Below, piece by piece: positions 41,141 through 52,600 of a stretch of DNA of 64,000 nt; the stretch's first letter is position 1, and every line of letters starts with the position of its first letter. A program made the position numbers and the translations under genes. Source of the DNA: Phoronis australis (Eukaryota; Animalia; Phoronida). The stretch covers positions 493,150 through 557,149 of the forward strand of contig NMRA01000061.1 in the NCBI GenBank assembly GCA_002633005.1, given 5' to 3'. Below the pieces are notes generated by a model. The model had not been told where the DNA came from. It ran no database searches and saw only the letters and a program-made list of their open reading frames with translations.

Positions 41141-42880
41141 ATGACTTGCGTTGGAGAAAACCCACGGACAATGAACACGAAGGCGTTTCAAGATTTGCGT
41201 ACGTCCGATCAACGCACATTTGCGTACAAAATTGACGCCGGCATGCACCGGAAATTAGAGAACAAACAACGAGTGGATGGCGTGGGTACGGAGCAAGTAA
41301 CTAAGCAATTCGAAATGGAGAAACACTTAAGTGATTCCGAAATTCGTAAAGGCCAAAAGAGTATAAAAAAGAAGATGCTGTTTCTCAAACATCGTCTCGA
41401 CGAATGTCGCGAGAGACACGAAGCAAAGACCAAGCAAACACTTGAATGGGAAGAGAGAGAACGTGAGAGAATGCAAAAGGAGTACGAAGAGTCAAAGAAA
41501 GGCCGTGGACGCCGTGATAATTTCGTCACGAGTAAGTTTCCGGCCAAAAACAAACCTGTGGAAGAAGAGCCAGTGGGTGCTGTTACAAAGTCAGACGAAC
41601 CTCCGAAACCAAAACGACCGAAAGCGGATTACCATTACGAAATAATCAAAAAGGCTGCTTTATCAGAACCGTCTGCTATATGGTCAGTAAGGCGGGCGAG
41701 ACGCACAACGGACCAGGAGACCGGCCGATTTTTATACCGTGCCTTGACCGAATTGGAAAAGGTCGGTGAAAAACATCACGATCAATATCTTGAAAACATA
41801 AAAACACTGCGCAAACTCGAAAAACAAACTGGCATGCGTCTTGATCAAAAAGGGACGCCTGACAGCATAAAGCGCGATGCGTGGTGGACATTTCGACCGG
41901 CAACACCGGTGCCCCAATCGAGCACGTTCATAAGTCAACTGGAAGTGAAGGAAAAGGCACTACAAAGAACCATCGATAAGCTCAGGCAAACGTATCCGCC
42001 AGCCACGTCGCCAAATATTCATAAATACCCGCATAAACTTGAACCTATCCAGGCGACGCGAGAACAAGCGCTATCTATTCCTCCGTTAAATGGGGAGCAG
42101 ACGACGCCACAACTTGGTGAACGAGGCAAAACCGATAGTCATGTGATGGAGCGCAGAGTAACATTCGCAGAGGATAACAACAATCGGAGTAAAACTATGA
42201 TAGCAACCAAAGAGGATGCTCTTTCGCGTAAGTCTATCATCGAAATAAAACAAATCGAAAAAGTAAAACTAGAAGAGTGCCAAGCACGCGTCGCCCATTT
42301 CTTAAACAAAGCAAATCCGAATGCAAATTTGCCACCACCAAAAGACAAGTTTGCTAAACAGGAAATAAAGCCAACGATAGAACTGCCAAAAATAAACGTT
42401 CTTCTATTGTCAGCCGAAAAATATAAAGAAGCAGAATATAACCCTTTCATGGAAGGATTGGAACTTCCAAAAATATCGAGATCACGTGATTTACTTGACA
42501 ACAGTTCCAAGGAAATGGGCGCTATGTGGGCATGGTTAGGTTTTGAAACAAAGGAAGACTTCGTGGCAGCCGTGAAAGGCTTTAAAAAATCTAAGAAACG
42601 TGAGAAAGAAGAAGACGAAGAAAAGGGTCCCCAGAGCGAGGTACTAGCTCAACTTGAGAAAGCAGGCGTGGATGCTGCCCAGCTGAAGAAACTTGCTCAA
42701 CTGGAGTCAATGTTGCCTGATGGGTTCAACGACCTTGACATTGAGAGCGATGATGAGACTGAACAGGAGGTCGAAGATGAGGAAGACCCTAGATTTGCAC
42801 TTTTTGATAAAAAGGTGGTATCGAATAAGAAAAAGAAACCTTTACAAAAGACCAAATCAACAGTTTCTCTGAAATCTTAG
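41141..42880 (+). CDS. Uncharacterised 579-aa K/E-rich coiled-coil protein, intronless CDS; RRVTF motif, acidic tail with EDPRF
   Basis: 1740-nt uninterrupted ORF. In-frame TGA shortly upstream of the ATG, acceptor ctaatttcag| at 41034/41035, AATAAA at about 42944 and 42950 after the stop. Confidence 0.82.
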   Translation: MTCVGENPRTMNTKAFQDLRTSDQRTFAYKIDAGMHRKLENKQRVDGVGTEQVTKQFEMEKHLSDSEIRKGQKSIKKKMLFLKHRLDECRERHEAKTKQTLEWEERERERMQKEYEESKKGRGRRDNFVTSKFPAKNKPVEEEPVGAVTKSDEPPKPKRPKADYHYEIIKKAALSEPSAIWSVRRARRTTDQETGRFLYRALTELEKVGEKHHDQYLENIKTLRKLEKQTGMRLDQKGTPDSIKRDAWWTFRPATPVPQSSTFISQLEVKEKALQRTIDKLRQTYPPATSPNIHKYPHKLEPIQATREQALSIPPLNGEQTTPQLGERGKTDSHVMERRVTFAEDNNNRSKTMIATKEDALSRKSIIEIKQIEKVKLEECQARVAHFLNKANPNANLPPPKDKFAKQEIKPTIELPKINVLLLSAEKYKEAEYNPFMEGLELPKISRSRDLLDNSSKEMGAMWAWLGFETKEDFVAAVKGFKKSKKREKEEDEEKGPQSEVLAQLEKAGVDAAQLKKLAQLESMLPDGFNDLDIESDDETEQEVEDEEDPRFALFDKKVVSNKKKKPLQKTKSTVSLKS

Positions 42881-43630
42881 CAGAGAGCTAAATGGAGATG
42901 TCATTGAACTGATGCATTAGACTGTTCAAACAGTCATGCCATGAATAAAAATAAACTAGTCATTTGAGTACTATAAATGATTGTGTATTTTCATCACCAA
43001 AGTAAAAAACACAAGTATTCTTTTATCATTAAATAAAATATAACAAGAAAACAGAAACAACATTGCATGAGACAAAACTATCAATGTATCACAACAGAAT
43101 AGGTGGCCGTGAGTTTCAGGTCTCACCATGTCACAAAACGTGTCTTACCATAGTTCACGACAACATATTCACAAGTTTAATATTTTCGCATGAAATTCCC
43201 AGAGGCGGTGCCACTTACTTTCTGTGCTAATCTCAGCCATTTCATTTATTCCGATGGGAAAATCCGGTATTTACTGTCCAGTAGTACAAAAGAAATATTT
43301 AAGAATTGAGAAGCTGGTAAATGAAAATTCTTGGTGTTGTGGGTAATTTTGACAAAAGTTCAAGAAATTTTATTGAAAAGTTCAAGCTCAAACCATAATC
43401 AGCAGACTTAGATAAAAGAAGTAAACTTAAGTGGGCAAACTTGGCAGACATCTAAAGCTCACAGTTAAAATGAGATCCACATCATAATTCAAAAACCGTA
43501 CCCTGATACATGATTTTGAGCGAATAACTTTTCATGAAACAAGGTTCTAAACTAACCCAAGACCTTCAGTACAATCAGATCTTCATGTGTTCTATAGACC
43601 TCAAAGTCTTCAAGGCCACAATTTGTGACG

Positions 43631-46600
43631 TCATAACTTCTCCATAAGCAGCAACTGTGGATAATGTATATTTTCATCATATTCCTCAACACCTTTATCT
43701 TTCATCTGAAATAAAAAAACGTGCTGTTCAGATGAATTTTTGAACAGATCACGGATACACTATGAACAAAAAGGAACAATCAAAAGAGAAGGTAGACCCC
43801 CAGTCTTTGATTCAACACCCTGCGGGACATTTTGATCAATCTCTTTGAGTCACCAGCATCAAAAGGTTTATATTTTAAACACTGCAACTAAAGCCTGCTT
43901 AACGTGACGCAGGAAGATGACTGGGTCAAGTGTAATGAACAGTGACTTGGAGACATAAGTCAAAACTTTTCACTAACGCACTCGCTTTAAAATTACTTGC
44001 CATGTAACTGTAAGAAGTCACACTTTAGAAATAATTTAGGAGCAGCTTGCAATTACGAGTATATTTTCAGAGACCCCATGTACTTTAGCTGAGGTGAGAG
44101 AAATTATTTTTCATAAATAGAAGTCAAAGCGTAAGATGAAAGGTCTGACTTAGGTCCGCTTTTCATGAAATGGGCCTTTGTTCTTAAGTATGGTTCATAC
44201 AAATACACGACTGACATTAGTGTCTCCATAGGTATGGTCACTACTTTATCATGCTAAAACTCTAAAACATATGTCTATTTAGAATGTACAATAGCAAACA
44301 AATGATGGTCACATTAATGTACAATGCTGTTTGTAGAGCTTGTGTTTAGGGCCATTGCAATTCAATTAATCACCTTGTGAGATGTGAAAAACCTTTGAAA
44401 GAGTTGCGGCATTTTGACATTAACAGTACTGGATGTGTTTAAGTTTATATCATGGTAAAGATAAACTCCAACTAAGTGACGCTAACTGGATATATACACA
44501 TACATTGCACAGTAGTTGCTATCTCCACTCCTTATGCAAACGCATTTGAACTCGATAAAAAAAACAGCAGCAATGACAATGTTACCTTTGTTTTCACCCA
44601 GTATATAATATCCTTTCAGCCAAAATTGCCTGAGTAATGCGACCTTGTAAGTTCAACCATTCAGAAGTAGTTGCATGACACGAATGGAGTTATGTAGTAA
44701 TTAAAACGCTCAGGTTACTTCACACAGACCAGAATCATTTTCAGCAGTATTGTATTTTGTACAAAAAATGTATCCACACTAAAGAATTGTTGTCTCAATA
44801 CCCAAAAATCTAAACACAATAGTTACCTAAATTTCACCCACAAGTTTTGCCTATAATTTACAACAAGGCATTATGAAAGCTGCTAAGATATGTCGTAGAA
44901 TAAACCTTCCATAGGCTCACAGGAAAGGTTGAAAACTGCAAGTTTATGTGGCCTCAGCAATGTGTCTTTCCGTGTTCCTTGTGTGACCTAATACTCCATC
45001 ACAGGGTATTTAACTGCAATGACCCAGACTTAATTATAACGCTGAGACTCCGGGCGCAGTGCAAGTCAAGTGTCTAAGACCATAACTACTGTCTGGTAAA
45101 ATCTCACCAATTTCAGAAAAAACAATCATCAAAATAGCGATCTTTCCAACTTACAAAGGCCTCTATCATTGCTGTGAATGTCCGCAAATTTTCAAAATAC
45201 TGTCTAGTGGTAGCTAAAAGCATCACTTTGTTGCTCCATATCTTTCAGGGGAAAATCAAAAATAAAATTTCCCTTGTGCGCCATATTGTGTCCTAAATTA
45301 GTGAGATTTTACTGGAGTTACTTTTAGTGTTTCAAAATGAGGGCCTAAACAGAAAATTTCAACAATGTACTGTATATGACTGAGGCACCCAGTGGTTGAA
45401 TACGCTAGTTTAAGTTTAAGTGCCCATCACACTCACCACTGTACCATGACGGCACATCTTCATAATGGAGACACCATAAAAATTACTTTAAAACTTATTA
45501 AAACAACTACCTCAAGGTGTCGCTGCCACACCACGTCATCATATTGCACAAGCTTTTGAAATGTGAATCTTGATGATATAAGATCTGTGAATGCCTCAAA
45601 AGTTGATCCGCGGCTCGGAGCAAATATAATAGCAGTTCCCTAAAGACAAAACACACTTGTTGAACGGATGAAAATAGTCAATGATTCAATTACAAACAAA
45701 GATCTCAACACAAAAGCTACAAAAAATTTCTTAAAATCAGAGCTCGTGATTTTTAACAGTTTTCACGAATTTATTAGAAATCTTCTCATTAAAAACAAAG
45801 TCCACGAATAGCTGGATGAATGAGTAGCAACAAAGATGAAGGACTGCAGAACAGCACTTGAGGGGTACTTGAAAGGTTTCAACAGGTTTCGACACTTTAG
45901 AGTCGCATCAAATGCTACCTTTGGGACAATAGCAGGTTATAACATGCCCACATTTTGAGAACCAGTTTGATGCCCGTTATTCAGAGGAGAAAACTGGTTC
46001 TCCAAATGTGGGCACACTATATCAAACTATTACCCCGTTTGGTCGGGAGTACACTTCAGAATAATACCAAAGTGAGGTAGTGATCCAAACAGACACAAAA
46101 ACGTATGATTCATGATTACTGAAGAGTGGTTCTTCATACAGGGCCTTACAGCTGTTGTCTATGAACACCAGCAGAGTGGTTCTTCATGCAGGGCCTTACA
46201 GCTGTTGTCTATGAACACCAGCAGAGGGTGCCATAATTTTTGTGGGAACCAGACATTCATCAGACCCCAGTAGACAGAGCCAGGGAGCTCCACAACATTG
46301 GGAAATTTATTTTATAGCAAGTCCAGTAGTCATGATTCACAATTTTTTGCTTCTAAATATTCACCTGGTTGAATAATAATAATAATATCCATCATCGAAT
46401 GTTCAAAATGTTACAGAGAACACTACGTAGCAAAAGGAGTCCATCCGTTAGTCTTGATTCGCTACTCAGTTGAACTGCACAAGTTCGCATACGTCATTCA
46501 GTTTAGGCTTCATCTCATGGTATGTGGTTTGAAATCAATATCTGAGCCCAATTAATATGCATAAATCAGAGCCTACCCTGCTACATACCTGAGGCCTTAA

Positions 46601-49600
46601 TACGGAATGTATAGTATGGGCGAGGCCAGCCCTATAGTCATCAAAAAATAAACTGAAAGAGATGAAACCACAGATTAGAATGCTGTTATGCAAAGTATAG
46701 CATATTAATATCAAGCAAAATGAATTTTCCCATAAAGGTTCAGATTTGAATGGCATTAAAATACTAATTCTCATAAACATTAAAACAGCAAAGTGTGGTC
46801 GAATATATTGCCAGTATGTTCAACAAAAAGGAAATATAATTAGTGGTGGAAATCGGAATGTTCTTCAGAATCAATTAATCAGAAACCTTTCTGATTCAAG
46901 GCTCGATTCTATGTCGGCTTTAAGTGATGTCACTGAGTACAGGCAAGGCTACTCACTATGATTGGCAGGTACAGCCAGAGGCTCACCAACATTCTGAGAA
47001 TGAGACTGGATCAAACCCCAGAGATTCTATTTCCGTAGTGAACAGAGATGATGATGCCTTGCACCATCAGATGAAGATGTGCTTGCAGCCAAGGAGAACC
47101 ACTTACGTGACTTTCGAAATTTTTCAGCAATACCAGACAAAGATTTCCTTGCGAATGAGGAGCCTTCATCATTTATGTGTGGGAATTGTTAATTTTTTGC
47201 CAGACTGCAGGATCCATTTTGACTCGTTATAAGATATTGGTGAGAAGTCAGCAAATCATTGCAACACATTTTGTGTGAAAGGACATACGCATAAACCGGA
47301 CATGACTGTAAGAACAGCTATTATCAATTTTGTATACTTAGTCTACTTAATTTGTAAAAACGGTCATTTAACATTCAGAATACAGACATCTTATGTATTC
47401 CAGTAATGCTGACATTTTACTTACCAGTCTGCACAAATGACAAAGTCAAATCCTGTATCCTTCTCATCCAAGTCTATGTTTTCATCCCACAGCATCAAAC
47501 TAGAATCGTCATAATAATTCAAGTATTGGAAGCACAAAGTTAATATGGCATATGGATTAAGATGTGGGCTTTTATACAAACATTCATTTTCCCCGAAGTG
47601 AACTTGCATTCAGAAAGATCTAATGAGGCTCTTTAGGAAACTTGAACTACCGACCACAGTGTCATCATTTAGCAGTGGATTTACAAGTTCTGTAAAGGGA
47701 GCACATAACTGCACAATATATTAGAAAATTTAGGTTGCATAACTATGGCACATATTCATAGGTACCTATTCTTGGGTTCTTATGAGTTCGAATCTGCAGA
47801 TCGAGTTTATCACCATTTTATGAGAATGGCAATCATATGGTAACTAAACTAGTCAGTGTAATGTAGTCTCTTGAAAGTACAAATTTATGTTCCAACTTTA
47901 CCTAGAACGAACACTTTTACTCTTAAACAGAGCAGTATTCCCGTCAATGATGGCTTTCAAATCTGAAAATAAACAGATACCAATACCACTGCAGGAAATT
48001 TCTCTCCAAATATGATAAAAAGAGAAAGGTTGGGACTCGATTTTAGAACTTGCATTCCAACTACACTGAGAAATGCTAACTTGGTCTATGTCACGACTCA
48101 ATTTTTCAGACCGCTGCACACTGATTAATCCAAACAATCAACACTCACCATTGTGTGAAACAGTATTTCGCAATGAAATAGTCATATTTAAAAGCACTCG
48201 CTATACCTTTAAATGCCTCTCAACCAAAAAATCAATGAAAGACACACAAATCTCCCACATGACATTTTGTGCATAACACCTGGCTGCAACACATCGATGT
48301 TTTTCTGTTCATATTTAATGGACAAAACACTCAAAGTTGGTGTAGAGCGTTGCTTTCGCTCGCTAAATGAAAACAAAACCAACTGAATTTCAAAGAATGT
48401 AGTAGTGCAAAACAACTGCCAGATTAGCAGAGTATCGACTAAAAGGCGTTTGTGGCACTTAGTAGCAGAAGATAATGACTTACTTGAGACTGACTGTTCA
48501 TTACCGTCTGTCAACAGGATCTCATCTGCTTCTACTTGTGAGGCTATCTATAAAATGAAACGAAAGAGATAATAATTACAAAACACTTAGTTTACAGGGC
48601 TGCCAATCTGCCTCCTTCCCACAGCACATGGGCATTCTCGTTAAAACATTTTTTCTTTAGAGCTGTAACAATTGTAGTTTTTTCTCATAATGACTCAGCT
48701 CTTGAATAAATAAAATTTCACATACCAGAGAAACCCAACCTTCAAAAGACAACAAATATTGTAGACAGCCCGATAGCCGAATAGCATTGGATGTGTGTAA
48801 GCCAAATAGGTTGGGCCCATTTTTCTACATTGGGCCTGATCTATTAGGCCTGTGCACGTCCAATGCTATTCAGCTATAGGACCGCCTACAATCTTTTTTT
48901 TCAACTGACTTAGGTTATTTTAAACAATTCTCAGAAGTATTTTTTTAGAATATTTGTACAAATTTAAACCTCTTCAGGAAGATATTATTATGCACCAACT
49001 TTGAGGCTCAAATGCATTTCATTACTACGCAATTTGTGGGCTTGTGATAAAGCCCTAATACTCACTGCTACTCCTGCAAGACACGTCATGCCACCACCAA
49101 GTTCACAGACACGCTTATTTCTGAAGAACACAACGTATGACAGCTAAGTACAGTGAACACACAGTGTAAGTCAGTAGCAATGGCACACAGACTCGAAGCC
49201 ATCCGCACACAGGAGACCATTTTGCAGAAATAACCTCTGAAACAAACTGTGGACAAACTAATCATCTGACTGGAAGCCAGTGCCTGCTAAAAGGACGTTA
49301 TCTTTGGGATTATTGGTGAATGGGATAGACATGTTGAAGTTATTATTGATGGATGGGATAGACTTGTTGAAGTTATTATTGATGGATGGGATAGACTTGT
49401 TGAAGTTATTATTGATGGATGGGATAGACTTGTTGAAGTTATTATTGATGGATGGGATAGACTTGTTGAAGTTATTATTGATGGATGGGATAGACTAGTT
49501 GAAGTTATTATTGATGGATGGGATATACTCCTTGAAATTATTATTGATGGATTGGATAGACTTGTTGAAGTTATTACAGTAGCTTTGACTAAAGAGCTAC

Positions 49601-52600
49601 GAAAGAAACTAAATCAGTTTGTTTTGGAGTTTTATCACAAATTTCCAAATCTCACCATTTGCTGAAATCAAGGCTAGTGATTTTAGAGTTCAAATATGCT
49701 TAAAATTTTCTACTATTTATCAAGTGGTGTTAAAGTGCACCACCAAAATGTTAAACTGTGACAGAAGGGGTTCTATGTTCAACTTCATGCTGAGGCTGAT
49801 GTCTGAAAATCTCTTTTCTCCCTGATAGTGTCCCTTTAAGCTGTTACGAAATATAAACAAAACGATCAGAATACAACCTTAGGGATACCATGGACTATCA
49901 TCGAGGAGGCAGTGTGGCCTGGTTGATAAGTGCCCGCTTTCTTTACTCGAGGTCGTAGGTTCGAGTCCCACCAGGTCACACTGCTAAACCCTTGAGCCAG
50001 GTTTGTAGCTCCTCAGCTCGGTTTTAACAATATATTAATAAAGCATAAAAATATTTCCAGGTGATCAGTGCAATGGGCCCACATGCGAGTCCTGCGCACG
50101 TCTGGTACAACGTGTATCAGACCGCCTGCAATTATTTTTTTATAAAATGGACTATCATCTGGACACACTGTCATCCCAAATTGAGCTGACCCATCAAAAG
50201 AACAAAACAAAAAATGGTAACAAGCATTTTGATTCATTAGGGAACTTTTAATATCTAAATCACATCCGATAATGTATATGAATGCGAGATCACATGTAGT
50301 CTACCAAACAAAGCATTTTGACTGTCCTGAGTACGCGAGCTAACTACTTAGGTTGGTCTATCATGACAAAATTGCATTATGAGCCAGACGCACCAGATGA
50401 TTTAAACTGGAATGGACAGTTTATAAAAAATACTGCTAGTCCATACTTCTTATTATGAGGGTAAGCTGTAATTCTGATGGTACACAAAATTGTCAAAGAA
50501 ACTCAAGAATAAATGCGTCCGCTATTTATTCTCTGAAGACTTAGAGAGTTGTGTTTGCATATAGCCCTCTGAATCATCAAGGGTCAATCAACTCGCCTTA
50601 GTAGCAACACTCCGTCTAGAAGCGATAAAAGAATGCGTTGAGTACACTCTGGTTTAGAAGCATGTCTGAATATCATTGAAAAGTTTTCAGAATATTTGCA
50701 TAATATAGATTCAGCGTTCTGATAACTGTTCTTCAAAATGCATGCTCAAGCTTTTGAGTAAACCCGATATTCAAACAATAGAATGTTTCGAGAATAGAAA
50801 TGTCTCCCAGCTTGACCATAGTTTTAGGATAGTGTTAGAGATGAGGTAATCATGCAGTAGCCATTTTAAAAGTGAGCCTCTTTTTAGGTCATAAAAACAA
50901 TGCATTCTGTGCTTAATCTCAGCGCAAAGTGTGATTTTTTCACGTGCCTCGTTATATTTATGTCTCAAATGTATCGTTTTAAATCTAAAAAGAGGCTCAC
51001 TATTAAAATGGCTACTGAGTGAATATGGTCTTTAGCACACAATACAAAAACATTGCTTTTTCCACACCTTACAGTGTAGGATTTCAGGGAGTGCCCAGTG
51101 GAACTTCCTCCTCCTTGGCCAGAGACAAAAAATCAATGGCAAAAATGACAAGGGAATAAATGTTGACATTTAATCTAATGTTGCAACTAATCGTGGTTGT
51201 ATCCTTTTTATGTGCATGCGTTGGGGGGATGAAAGGGGCAAAGATGTCACAAAATTAAAAATGTTGGACCCGCTTATGATATCCTAGCTCCACCACTGCC
51301 TTACCTAAATTGATTGATATTCTTCAAACAGTAATGTGTCAGTACTTCTTCAGATGGCCACACACCTAAAAAATATTTGTGAAGCTGTTCAAGTATACAA
51401 CGTTAGAAAGAATAATATTGTTTATTATAACTCAAAATTCAAATACATGTTTAGTGGTCTTCAATCTAATAGAGTAAAACTGATCAAAAACATTGACATT
51501 TCAGACAAGCAAACTGTATTCTTGGAAGCAGAATGATATTAAATACACGTGTAAAAAATGTTAAGAAAATTTTTCATTTTGCCTCATATCTGAGTTTTCA
51601 TTTCCAAGTTTTGATTACAAGGTGACTTTGGTAGTGTTAAGAAGAACACCAACACTGATATCAAATAAGCCAAGCTTTCACGTTTCCATGAGTTGTACAT
51701 GTATTTAGTTTACAAATTAAATCCCACCTTCAGACAGCACACTACCATTAGTGACATTATATGTGTTTACACTGCCACAAAACTAATCTGGTATAAATAA
51801 TTACAAGCACATTATTTCGTAACAATAGGGCAGCTAGAATCTCCTCATCAATAGGCTAAGTTGTTGACAGAATTCCTTTGGTGTCCTAAGAGACCACCTG
51901 GGGCAAAGCACCTCGCCTAGCCTAATTTAGGTGTAGCAAGGTCTGTAAAGGCAATTCCCGTGTCATGAGTTGAGTGTGAAAAATATGCATGAAACAAAAA
52001 TCATGACCAAAACTTACAAACGTTTCCAGTGTTGTTGAAACCCATAAAATCTTCCAGTTTGACTGGTCCCACCATTTGCCTAGAAGATATGACATCTCCA
52101 ACAATACAGAGTCACTATGAAACACAAAGAAAGATTTCATTGTGAAAGGTGAAGAATTACCAAAAACAGTTTAAAACTTTAATATTGTTAAAAAACAGGA
52201 CCGTAAATTTTAATCATAAATCAAAATACTAGCAATAATTATCACACAAAACTGAGCTCATTTTGAAATCAAAAGTTGAATAAAATAATGACGATTCCAT
52301 GGCTTATAATAAATAAATGTAAATCACTCACCTAATGTCAACTTCAAAAGCGGGATCAACTGTTGGGCATGTATACTTGAACCAAGCACAGTTAGTGTCA
52401 CTTTTATCCACTGTCAATAGTTTGGTTCTTAAAAGACCAAAAGACTCAAAACGTCGAACGGATACACTTTTAGTTGCCTCTGAAGTCCTGCCACGAATTG
52501 CCTAAAATGGGTTAAAATTGGAAATAACTGGCTATCGTAATATTTATTGTAAGTATTCAAGAAAGTTAGCCAGTTACTAGTAGTTAATTTCTTTCCTGTG

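Noticed and set aside
49280-49576. ORF of MDGIDLLKLLL repeats; antisense NNNFNKSIPSI resembles FNIP repeats
   Set aside because: Translation of an intronic 33-bp minisatellite with near-identical copies and no flanking coding context.
49905-49980. Possible tRNA gene
   Set aside because: Acceptor stem does not close, and it continues into a SINE body bounded by a TSD.
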